Part shown: positions 12,501-24,500 of the stretch, piece after piece
Position numbering within the stretch: the first letter of the stretch is position 1
Layout: each line of letters starts with the position of its first letter
Origin: Sphaerodactylus townsendi
Taxonomy: Eukaryota
DNA length: 64,000 bases
Assembly: GCF_021028975.2 (NCBI RefSeq)
Contig: NC_059437.1
Location: 32,116,001-32,180,000, forward strand
Direction of reading: 5' to 3'
Position numbers and translations under genes: made by a program
The notes under the pieces: generated by a model
The model's database searches: none
Told to the model about the DNA's origin: nothing
Seen by the model: only the letters and a program-made list of their open reading frames with translations

Positions 12501-15500
12501 GGAGAAAATGGCCGCATTAGAGGGTAGACTCTATGGCATTATACACTGCTGAAGCCACTCCCCTCCCCAAACCCCACCCTCCTCAGACTTTACCACAAAA
12601 TCTCCAGGAATTTCCCAACCTAGAACTGGCTTTCCTAGTCAGGCCTGGCTCCAGTGAGTTCTCCCTCAAAGCCACAATAGGCCTGGAAAGCCTCCCCCCA
12701 TCTTTACTGGCACAGCCAAGTCTGGAATCTGTGGTTGCCTAGCAACGGCCCCTGAAAGCCTTGTATGCTTAAAGCTACAGGTTGAAACTCCTCAACATAT
12801 TATTTGAAGTTTCAGATTATTCTGCAAATCTGGGACCCTTTTTAGGTCTGTCTTGCCTGTTCACAGCTCTAGTCACAGAGTTTCAGTATCCAAAGATCTG
12901 GCTGACTTCACTAATTGCATAGAAGATGGCAGCTACCCTTCCTGAGGTGGGGGTGGCGTGCAGCTGGTCAAGGTTCATGAACTTCCCTCTCTGTACCTCC
13001 TCCTTGTTCAGGAGAGGCTAGTTTTCTACCCCTCAAGCCCAGGCCACCGTTACCCTTACTTTTTGGGAAGTCAGCCTCCAAATCCTGACCCGGCTCGTCC
13101 AGCACATTTGCCATCTTGACCGCCATGGCCAACACATCATCTCTAGCTGGCCCAAACAGGTCACAATCCTCCAAAAGTCCTTCGGCACTCTGGTTGCTCA
13201 CCAGGTCTGTGAACACATAAGTAGATCAGGCAGCTGTCCCTTAGCAGTGCCTCTGGAAGAGCCCTCAAGGACAAGATAAGAGCTGGAGCAAGGCATCCCA
13301 GATGAATGCTTTCCCGTCCAGCAGGTCACAGAACTACAAAAGGCTGAGACGTTAGCCCTGCAAGCACTGGAGAGACAATTTCTAATTCCTAAGGACTAGC
13401 ATGAATGTATTATGAACAAGGAAGGAACATCCTTTCCAAGCGTGATTCCCCACTCTTGCCAGCTATCTAATCCCCCCTTCATGGCATCTGTTCCTTTTTC
13501 TCCTTGTGCTTCATGAAAAATTATTTGAATCCAGACATCTTGGAAGCAGAGCTCTGCAACAGCATCAAATGCAAAGGGACATATATAGAGAACAAACACA
13601 TGCACAGCTCTCTTTGGTATGGGGCGGGGGGTGTCACTGTCCTGAACTACTGTTTTTTCTCCCTTCTGACTCAGGGTGTGTGGGGGCGGGGAGCACAGCT
13701 CAGGTGGCCGCGGATATTAGCAGGACTGTCTCGAGACCTACCACAAAGGTCTGAAGATGCCTTGTCCAGCTCCTCTGCCTCTGCTATCATCTCAGCCATG
13801 GCCAGGATGTCGGCTTCCAGGGGGTTGGATGGGATTTTCACCTTCAGTTCCTCTATAGTTTCCACAATCTTCTCCGTGCTCTCCAGCGTGGTGGGCAGGA
13901 ACATTGGCACAGGCACCTACGAATGAAGGAAAACACATCAGAGGGGTGGGGAACCAGAAACGAATGGTTGTACAGAGCTGCAGAAGGACAGGCTCACACT
14001 TACCGGGACAGGCATGGAGAAAGGCACAGGTATTTTCTGGCAGTACATGTTCATAGGCACAGGCACAAAGATCGGCACAGGGATGGGTAGCACAACTACC
14101 TGGGGCTTCCAGTCAGCCTCTGCCAAGATCAAACAGCAACTCATCAGCCTTCCATGCAGGTGGGGGAGATTTCTTTCCCCATAAACATTTTTGAGGGACC
14201 TTATCAAGGGCGTAGGTATAGAATCTTTATGGGGTGGATTCAGGGGGCGGGGCTCAGGGGGCAGGGCCCCGCCTCCCCAAGCCCACCTCCAGCCTGCAAG
14301 CCAGCACAGCAGGTCTCGCAAGAGGCGAGACTTTCTTTCCCGGCTCTGGCTGGCTTGCAACTTGCAAGCGTGCAATGCAGGCTGTGCCTGTGTGGGTGCA
14401 CAGGAGTGCCCGCCCCCACCTGACATGCAATGGGGGATTTAAACACGAGAAACCCCCCTTACCTATGTCCCTGGGCCTTATGAACCATAAGGCCCAGTCC
14501 CTAGTCAATGCAGTGAATCCACAGCTAGAACAACCTTGTCCAGCCGTTTCTTGAAAACCAACAGAAAGGAATATCTGCCCCTACTCTTGAGCAATGGCTC
14601 TACAAACCAAGTTGGGAACTAGATTAGCTTGTGCAGTGCAACACACACCTGCTGGGTGACCTTGGGCGAGTCACAGCTCTTCGGAGCTCTCTCAGCAACC
14701 ACCAACCTCACAGGGTGTTTGATGTGGGGGGGGGGGGGAGAGGGAAAGGAAATTGTCTCCTTATAGGAGAGAAAAGGAGGGGGGGTATAAATCCAAACTC
14801 TTCTTCAAACTCTTTTTCAAGCAGGAAGTTCCTAATAATGTCCAGCCAAAATCTACACCCCTGCAGTTTGCACTTAAATTGCCATTCAGAGAAGAACTAT
14901 CAGAAAGAACACATTTTTCTCTTCTACAGACTAAAGAGTCAACCAGTTCAGTCAACCTTTACTCAGAGGACACATTTTCCAGATCCCTGACCACCTCTGT
15001 TGCCCTCTTAACATGCATTCTCCCAAAGTCAACATGGTACTCCAGATGAAGCTTGGCTATATTGCATTTATGGCTCTCCGAAGCAGAAGGAGTCCTTGCT
15101 CTCAAGAGTCTGTGGGAGTGTAGTCAAAAAGACTGAATGCCTAAGACTATCCAATCAACTGAACTGCAAGCAAAGAGCAGAAGCAAAGAAGTGGAGCCAC
15201 TGTGTGTAAAGGTAAGCCTGGAATGTTCAAGAAAGCCTCTGTTGAAGACTCCTCTGCAGAGCAGAGGTCGGAGCCCTTGGGGAAGCCTAGCTGGCCTCCC
15301 CTTGCCCTCCCTCACCTGTCTGACAGCTCTTGGACTTCATTTCTATCTTGCAGGACACCCCCCGGTTCTGCATGAGAGGCTTGCACATGGCAGCTTTGTT
15401 CTTCCGTGGTGTGATTGGTTGAGATGGCGGTGGGGCAGCCGGTGTCGCCGGGGCAGAAGTGTTTTTTGCAGGCACCTTCAAAGGCAGAATAACAATCAGA

Positions 15501-18500
15501 ATCTGGTGTAGAGAGAGAGACCCCAGCATCTTCTTCCCAAACCATATGCTCCCATTTGGCTGGGCCATGGCGCCTGCAAGCTGCTAATGCAGCAGGTTTC
15601 TTTCTAAGGTCCAGTGCCCTCCTCCTCCAACCAACCTCCACGCTGGCCCAAAATGACAGCCGCTTTTACCATGAAGCAGGTTCAGCAGGCAGATGCACCC
15701 TGTAAACCACCACTCACCGTGTTGGTCTCTGGTTTTGGTTGGGTGGAAGAGGGCTGTTTTGGCTCTGGGGTCTGATCTGAAAGGAAATATTGCACAGATA
15801 AGGTGCTTTCTCACTTGTCACAACCTACCCAAGTCTGGAAGGCAGGAAACCCTACAGAACAGCTTTCACTTGATGCTCACGGGACAGTGAAGCTGAGGCC
15901 ACGTCCCTCACTTCTGAAGGGTGGAGCGCTGTGCCTGCACAGGCCATCCCCAGAGTTAATGCCTGACCTGTGAATGGAGAACCCTAGACAAGGAGCTTAA
16001 CATCGCTCATTTTGCAGTGGGGGGAAAATAGGTAAAAGGGTGCCCCGCCTGCCTAATGAATCTCTTCTGATCCATCCCTCAAAGTTTCAAGTAGGGAAAC
16101 ATGGCTGCTCACCTTATCCTGGTTGGAAGTGGGGGCGAGAGAGAGAAGAAAACAGAAAAAGATAATAGGATTGTCTAAGCCAAGACAGACACAAGAGCTG
16201 GAGGCATCTGTGCCTCACCCAGCCACTGCCTTGCCTTGGCCTCTCTCAGGGGGACCCACCTGACCCAATTGAAAGCTCTTCAATCAGGACTGTGTGTACC
16301 TGTGCTTGTTTTGCACAAGCTCAGCAAAAAAGAAGAAGTCTCAATTGCGAATTCAGCACTCCATGAAAAACGACCCTTACCGAAGAGTTTCAAGACTTGT
16401 ACCTAACAAACTTACACAAACCTTGTATAATTTATAGAACAGTCACAGTATTCAGCTTTTCCGCTATGGCAAAGATCTTGATTTCTAAGCACACCCGGTC
16501 ATGATGAGCTGAGAAGGTCTGAGAGTGCCACACACAGATTGCCAATTGGGGCAGAGAAGTTCTGTGAAAGGGGTGGGGGTGGGGGTGGGTTTTTTGGGGC
16601 ATGGACCAGTGCCGAACACAGCAAACACAGCTTCTTCTGAACACAATACGCCCAAGTAATTTTGGCACTTTGCTTCCCTGCCCATTTCCCAGCATGGGAC
16701 ATTGGTACCCAACAGGCTCTCTGGCAGCACCAAAGCCATCGGCAGTTGCCTTGGGTCCTAGACGCCATCTCCGTCACAACAGATCGTGCCTACTGCAGGA
16801 GCATCATCCCTTTCCTAGGTGCCTTTGGGTCTCCCATCCCAGAACTGACCTGGCCCAATACTGCTTATTTTTTTACTCTGGGGAGGGGAACAGAAGGGAG
16901 AGAGCTGGCCCTGGCATTGCAAGCCAAGCCTGGCCCTCCACACAAAACTCTCCACTGGAGAACGGAGCCACCCACAGCAGCCATATCGGAGCCTCCCTGT
17001 TAAGAATGAGAGTTACAGACAGCGCTGATACTGGCTCCTCCTGGCTGGCTGGCCCTGTGTGTCATAGAACCAGAGAGGTTAGCAATGGAGGGAGGGAAAG
17101 GAAGGCGGGGGCAATCCTGCACGGTCCCATCCAACCCACTCACGGGAGCCAGTGCAGAATCAGTCCCTAGCAGCTCTAGCAGCCCCCTTGCAGTCAAGCT
17201 CCCCGCTGCTCTGGCCGAGCCAAAGCACTGGACTACTCACTGTTCAGCAGGCTCTCAGGGCCTTTCTGGGTGTCTAAGTTAGGTTGATTCTGTTGGTTGT
17301 AAAAGCGCAGCAGACACTGTTGGTTGCAGAAGTGTTTGATTTGCCCTCGCCAGTGGATGGTTTCCAACAGCTTCCCCTGGCGCTTGCAAGCGTGGCACCG
17401 AGCTACCTAAAATCCACAACAAGAGGGACAAAGCAGACAGTCAGTCACAAAGTCCGTTGCAGAGCACAAGACACAGCCGGCTGTCAGTGTAGCATGGGAT
17501 CTCCTGGGCTATGATTCTGACTTTCTTTTTAAATAAAGAGAAAACCTACTATTTCTCTGGCAAAGAAGAGGAGTTTGAATTTATAACCCCACTTTCTCTC
17601 CTGTAAGGAGACTCAAAGGGCCTTACAATCTCCTTTCCCTCCCCCGCAAACACCCTGTGAGGTGGGTGGGGCTGAGAGAGCTCTGAAAAACTGTGACTCG
17701 CCCAAGTCTCACCCAGCTGCCATGTGTTGGAGTGTACAGGCTAATCTAGTTCCCCAGATAAGCATCCACAGCTCAAGTGGGAGAGGGGGGAATCAAACCC
17801 AGTTCTCCAGATTAGAGTGCACCTGCTCTTAATCACTATGCCACTGCTTGCGAAAGGTAAAGCAGTTTCTGCTAAAGGCCTCCCAACCTGAGAATGGAAG
17901 AGTGGATTCCAGGGGTCAGATCCTAACCTCCTCCTCCTCTTCTCTACATGCCTCAACTCTACTGCATTAGTCACCCCACTAGCAGATCTAGCACGACCTC
18001 AAGCAAACTGCTGCCACTTCTCAGTGAGATGGAAAGCAGTTGGCAAGTACGACTGTTCAACAGATCAAATGCCACAAACATGACTTGCATAATTTAATCC
18101 AACTTCCCACGACATAGAGTTTTAATTGTCAGGAAACTAAGGTCCCAATGAAGGAGATGAGAATTCCTGCCGGAGGACTGGGATGCAGAGACTCAGCAAG
18201 GCCGAGCGTGACATCACAGCAATGCTAGACAGTACACACCCCCCATCCAACTGACCCAGATGGAGATGGAGCTGCCCACCAACTGACCTTGAAGTACCAA
18301 AGCAGGTATTTGCTTTTGCAGTCTTCACTGCAAAAGTCCCAGGTGCTGCCCTCAAGCTGCTCGGTGACTGCACGCTGGCACGTCTGGGAGCAATAGGTGC
18401 AGGTGATGCAACAGAGGCCCAGGTTTTTGGTGAAATCCTGTTTATAAAGAAGCACACACCCTGCGGAGAAATAACATGGGTGAAACCTTCCCGGGGGGGC

Positions 18501-21500
18501 ACCACGGGCCCCCTCGCCACAGCAGGGAACCCAGAGCCAAACAGCTTTGAGGAACAGCAGAGCACAGCAACGCAAAGGCAGCCTGAAAGCAACAATCCTG
18601 CACTGGCCCCCGAGGTGGGACTGAAACCGGGAGGGACTCGCCATCGCTCACCTCTCTGGTTCTAAGCAGAGTTTACTCCGAACGACCTTCGGCCCAAGCC
18701 CACCACATGCAACGACCTGCAAGGCACAGCAAGGCCAGCTGGTGCTGGGGGCAGGCTGCAGCCGTGCAAGGTGGCCTCCTTGGGCACTCTCCGGGCAGCC
18801 AGGCCCCAGCAAGACAGACCTCCACCCTCTTCTGGCCCCAAGTCTTCCCTCTGCTGCCAGGCCCCTTCCTCCTCCTCTCTGCCACAGGATTCGGTTCAGC
18901 CCAGGCCCGGCTCGTGCTCTCCCCAGGTACCTTCGCTGCAAAAGTTCTTCTCCACCCCCGAGAAGCGGATCTTTTCATGCAGCAGCTTCTCCTGCTTGCA
19001 ATATTCGCACTGGGACACCACCCCACGCAGCCGTTTGAAGTCCTCACAGCAGTCTCTGCAGCAAAACTGGTAGATCTTGTCCTGCCAGGGTGGGAGTGGG
19101 ACGGGAGGAAGGGGCACGCTCAGCCAACTGATCACACCAGTTTGGGTCTCCAGCAGCAGAGAAGCAGGCCCCTGCCGAGCCAACTGGATTCCTACTGTCT
19201 TTCTGAGAACCAGTGGCAGACTTGGCACCCGTTTCCCGGAGCAAAACCTGCCCAACCCTCCTTAACTCAGCAAGAGCAGGCTTGAGGGGAAGCTACCTCC
19301 TGAGTTATCTAAACAGCCCAGAAATTGTTCCCTTCCTCCCTTCCAGACAATTCCTTTGCCTGCTGTCTGCAACCCCCTCACCTGCCAGTCCAGGATCTCA
19401 GGCTTCCCAGTGAAGAGGTTGTGGCAGGAATGGCAGGTCAAGTGGATCCCACCTTCTGGACTGGTGCGCTGCATTTTGAGGGAAGGGGAAGGGGAGAAAG
19501 ATTCAGAAGGGGACACTAGATCACCTGTGCCCACTGTGCCCAGAATGGAGCTGCCTGCCCAGCCTCCTATTTGCTCTTAGAATGCCCAAGTTTCCAGACT
19601 CACCCCCACCAAAGTGTTCTTGCCTGCTTTCCGAAGCACACATCATACACTGTTCCCAGGTTCAGTTCCATCCTGACATGAAGCTTCCCCAGAACCCCCT
19701 TCCTATGCCGACAACCCACTGGCTGTAGACACAAGTCCTCCATCTCCCTTTCCCCACCACTGAGGGTTGACTGAATCCCGTTCCGTAAGGAGGGGAACAG
19801 TAATCGGCAGGCACCCCACACAGGTTCTTCCCAGGGGACGTCCAGCTGCTGCAGCTGCTCCTGGGAGGGAACAGGGTTTGGCCGTGGACTATGGAAGTAA
19901 AAGACCAACAGTCTGCGAGTAGAATAAATTATGCAAATCACACAAATGTTATTTGACTGATTTATTGGATAGCAGACACAAACTCTCTTCGGCATCAGAA
20001 GTAGAAACAGTTTATTTGAGACAATGACCCCCACAATAGATCAGACATATATAAATTTATAATAAGCTAAAAATTAGTTAAGCGCGCCTCCCCCTCCCCA
20101 CCCCTCTCTGGCCATTGGCTGAGCTGCCGTGATGTCAGAGAGTTCACAAACACAGGGAGAAGATTTGGTCATAGAATGCTGTTTGGGGCAGGATGGGGGT
20201 GGGGAAATTTACTCAAGGACAGGAGGGGCAGGTTAAAAAAGGATATGTGGTAACTGGAAGAAAGGGCAGCAAAGGGCTGGGAAGGTGGGAAACCCAACAC
20301 CGAGGAGAGAAGGGGCTCTTAGTTAACAAATGGTGCCAACAGACAAGATGAGCTGGATTCTGTATACAGGGCATGGAGCTCTGTCTTAAGTGCAAGAATG
20401 CAGATCAAGGCGAGAGAGGACTCGTATGACCCTGGGAGAACATGGGCAGCTTTGAAGAGTGATATGGCCCCTCCCTTTCGCCATCTTCTTTAGTCTCAGA
20501 GCAGGCACAGCCTTCACCTTCCAAAGCTTTTCTCAGCAAACCATGAAAGCTAGAAGCCTTTTTTTAAGATTATGAAAGCAGATACTTTCAGGAGTCTGAT
20601 GGATGCACCAGATCGCAGCCATGCAGAGAACCCACGTTCTTGGGTCTGGTCCCATCACTGTGACATTGGCAGAGCCTCCTTATGTACCTGGAATTTGGTC
20701 CAGCAGCTGGGGCTGCAGAACTCGTACACCACCTGCTCATTCTTGTTGTAGTAGCAGGGCTCAGACAGGCTCTTCCGGCAGAGGTTGCAAGGCCGAGGGG
20801 GTCCTGGGGAGACAGGAAAGGCAGGAAGAGAGGCCAGGCTGGTGAGGGAGGACATGAGGGACTCCTCCCCCAGGCTCGACACAAGATCTAACCTAGCAGA
20901 GAAGAGGACCAGACCTGATTCTAAGGCACACTGCTTGAAATTTTGCTTGGAAGTTGTCTCCACCCAAGCCAATACCCAGTCAGCAGCTCCCATCAACTCA
21001 GTCTTCCAGATCTAGGTCCCTACGTGAGCAACCCTGATAAGCCAGAATCACGCACCCAGAAGCCTGACTCATCTGTCAACTAATGGAGCAAGTCACCCAA
21101 GTACAAGAGGCTTTAACCTGAGATACACATGCATAGGTAGTGGTCCAGAGGCCTCCTGCTCTTCTTCACGTGCAGGACACCCTTACCCCACCAGACAATG
21201 ACAAAGTAGGTAGCTAAACTGCAGAAGACAGTTAGCTCTTACCTGTCAGGCCTGCTTGTTTGACTTTGTAGGAAGTGGTGCAACAGATGGAACAGAAGAG
21301 GCCCATCTTGCCATTCCGGTCCTTGTGGGACAACATGTCAAAGTTCTTGCAGAGCGTCTTGCACCACATGCATGGATATACCCGGGTATTTTTCTGCAAA
21401 GGGAAAAGTGTAAAGGGGTTGCCAGAGAAGCACAGCCACACCCCTGGGGCCTCTTTTCATCCATTATTTTGCTCTGAACCTGCAAGAACTTCAGCTCCTC

Positions 21501-24500
21501 CACAGGGCCAAACTGCCAGCCAAGCCAAGGAATTGCTACACTTACCAGGAGAACACTGTGCACTGTTAAGTGGGGAAATGTGCAGCCCTCCAAGTATCAC
21601 AAGGGAGGGAGGCAAGATGGATTTTTCCTGGGCCCTTTACTCTGGATTCCAAATGGAAGGAGCCCCTGTGGTTTTGCAGCTCCCAAAAACTCTTAGCAGC
21701 ACATAAGGTGGTGAGAAGATGACTGGGACTTCATTGTGCACTCCGTTTGGGACCTGGCTCAGAGAGCACTTTGCTTTCACCTTGAATCAGAGGCTAGAAG
21801 TCTGTGGAAGTGCATCCCGACCTTCACCCCACCTCACCTTCTTGTAGCTGTTGAGACAGGTGGTGTTACAGAAGCGCTTCTGCTGTCCCTCATGGAAGAG
21901 GTATTCCAACGGCAGCCCCTTATTGTAAAGGTAGAGGCCGCAGTTGTCGCAGCAGTTAGTCTTCAGGCCTTTGGTGGCACGGAACTTGGTGAAGCAAGCA
22001 TCACTACAGATACGATGCACCACGTTCCCATTGCTGACCTCGTGCTGGATCTGCAGACAAGACACAGCCAGTCAGAAGCAGAAAGTGCATCAGCAAGCAT
22101 CTTTGTTACACAAAGGCTAAGAGCTACCAGGCATGATAGCTGGTAGGTCTGGAGGGATGGCAAGCTTTAGTCCAAGTAGAAGGGCAGAGTAGGAGAAGTT
22201 TAGGTAAGGCCTGAATCCCAGGACAGGAACTTTTGACAGACTATATTAAAATCAAATCCCACATTTGGAACCTAGCAACTATGACAGCTAGTCATTTGAG
22301 CTTACTGTATTTCAGATCTCCATTGCCAGTAAAGCCCAGACAGCATTAGGTACACAATCAGGTCTTTCTTGAACTCAGTCCAATTCTCAGCAGCCCCTAC
22401 TTCCTTCCCACTTGGCATGTAAAACTTCTTTATAACCCACTCTTCTCTCCATTCCTTATATGCTCCTTTTCTCCCACCTGCTTAGAGGGCCTTGACAAAG
22501 TAGTGGTTGCCTACAGGGACTCATGTAATCCTCTCACCAACAGAGTCCTTTAAGTGCCACATGGCTACCATTCTGGAATCTGCCTGATGGAGTGTCCTTT
22601 TCCTCCTTTTTTGGATCTTGCTTTGAGTAGGTGAAAAATCACAAAGCTTGTAGCAGGTCAAGATCATTCATCTATCTAGTCCAGTTTTTAACTTCAGCTG
22701 GCAGTGGCTCCCCAGAGTCCAAGGAAGGAGCTGGGCTTTTCCCAGTTTCCTTAATTTGAGAACCTTTAACTAGAGATTCCAAGATTGAACCTGCAATCTT
22801 TTTCACACAAAGCATAGACTCTGAAACTGAGCAATACTACAGCAAGGTGGTATTGAACTACAGACAGTCCCAGACTCACACAGATTTCTGTTCTGCGACA
22901 GACCAACCCTCTATTCTCTGACAATGTCTCCGAACCGGGCATGCTCACCTCTCCTGCTTTGTAGCATACACTGCAGCGGACAGTGTCCGAGGCTTCTGCT
23001 GTTTGTGGTGCTGGTCTCTGCTGCTGCGCTTCATACAGTGAGAGGCATACTGAAGTGCAGAACTCGTGAAAAGAGCTGCCTGAGCCAACTTGGGCCACAA
23101 CGGACTCCTTGGTGTTCCAAATCTCCCTGCAGACAGGACGGTGTCAGTCAGACAGAGGGTGAGCCACACCCTGGACCATCCCAGCAAACCAAAGGCAGCA
23201 AGGAGACCAAAGGGATCAAGAAAAACAGCAAGCAGAGAAGGCATGATATATGCAGGGCCAGGGGGCTGCTGCTTTAAAAGCAGCAGACAGCAAATAGGGG
23301 GCCCAGATGCAATACATGGTAGCAGGAGGCAGGGGAGACAGCAGGGGCACCCACTTTTTGCAGAAGGTGCAATTCTTCTTGCTGAGTGGTCTCTTGGAGA
23401 AGGTGGTGAGGCAAGTGCTGGAGCAGAAAAGTTGAGGGAGCCCCTTGCGCTGGTAGGCTGTCTGGCCCTTCTGTAGTGGTGTCCGGCAGTTGGCACAAGT
23501 CATCTTGGTCACTGTGGAACGGGCAGCTCGCTGGGCCATTTGGTTGCGCAGGGACATGCGTGTGGTGCGCCGAGTGCGAAAGGGAACAAAGTCCTCATCA
23601 TTGGGATCATCAACCATGGCATCTGAATCCTCATCAGAGACTGGGACTGCAGGAAGCAGGAAGGACGGGGATCAGAAGAGTCCTGGTACATGGACAGAAG
23701 GCACAGGAAGCAGCCTCTTACTGAAGCTAAGCAGGGCTAGTCTGGGCAGTGCCTGGGTAGAAAACCTTTTGGGAGGTCCCCCTGTAGTAACTTCCCTGGG
23801 GTTTCATAGTGGGATATGCCTGGAGTTTCATGATGGGACATGGGATATCCATGAAATAAACAAGAATTGAATGACAACGGAACAGTGAGAAAAGAGGCCT
23901 TAGAGTAGGCCAGAAAACCTGTACAAAACTGTTGTCTTGCAGCGTCGTGAAGCCTGAAAGAGACTTCAAGAATCACTGAGATCAACTCCCACTTAGGGAC
24001 AGGAGTTACTTTAACTGTTTTGGATAGATGCTTTACCAAAATTCTCCACTGGCAGAGATCCCGTCTTTCCACTGTTATACCAATTCTTCTTGTAAATCAA
24101 TATAACCATACTGTACTTTTGTTCTACTTCAGTTTAGAAGTTTGGAACTATATATACAGTTCTCTCCCCATCACTGAACCTCACATCACCCCTATGAAGT
24201 AGGCTGGGCTGGACCAATATCATCCAACTGAACAGGAATTAGAACCCACAGCTCCACAGCAATAGCTCCACTATCTTTCCCCACCACTGAGCGAAACTGA
24301 GCAATCTGGGAGAGCTTCCCCTCCTGGGCACCCCTTACACCCACCCAAGATTGGCAGCTCATTTGAGTGGCAATATTTTTATCTGCACAGCTCCACTATG
24401 GCAACTGTGCAATTGCACACTTGCATGGCTCACAGGAAACGCTGTTCCCCAGTCCAAGTCTGACTCTCTATTGGTTATACCACACTGGCTTTTATGATCT

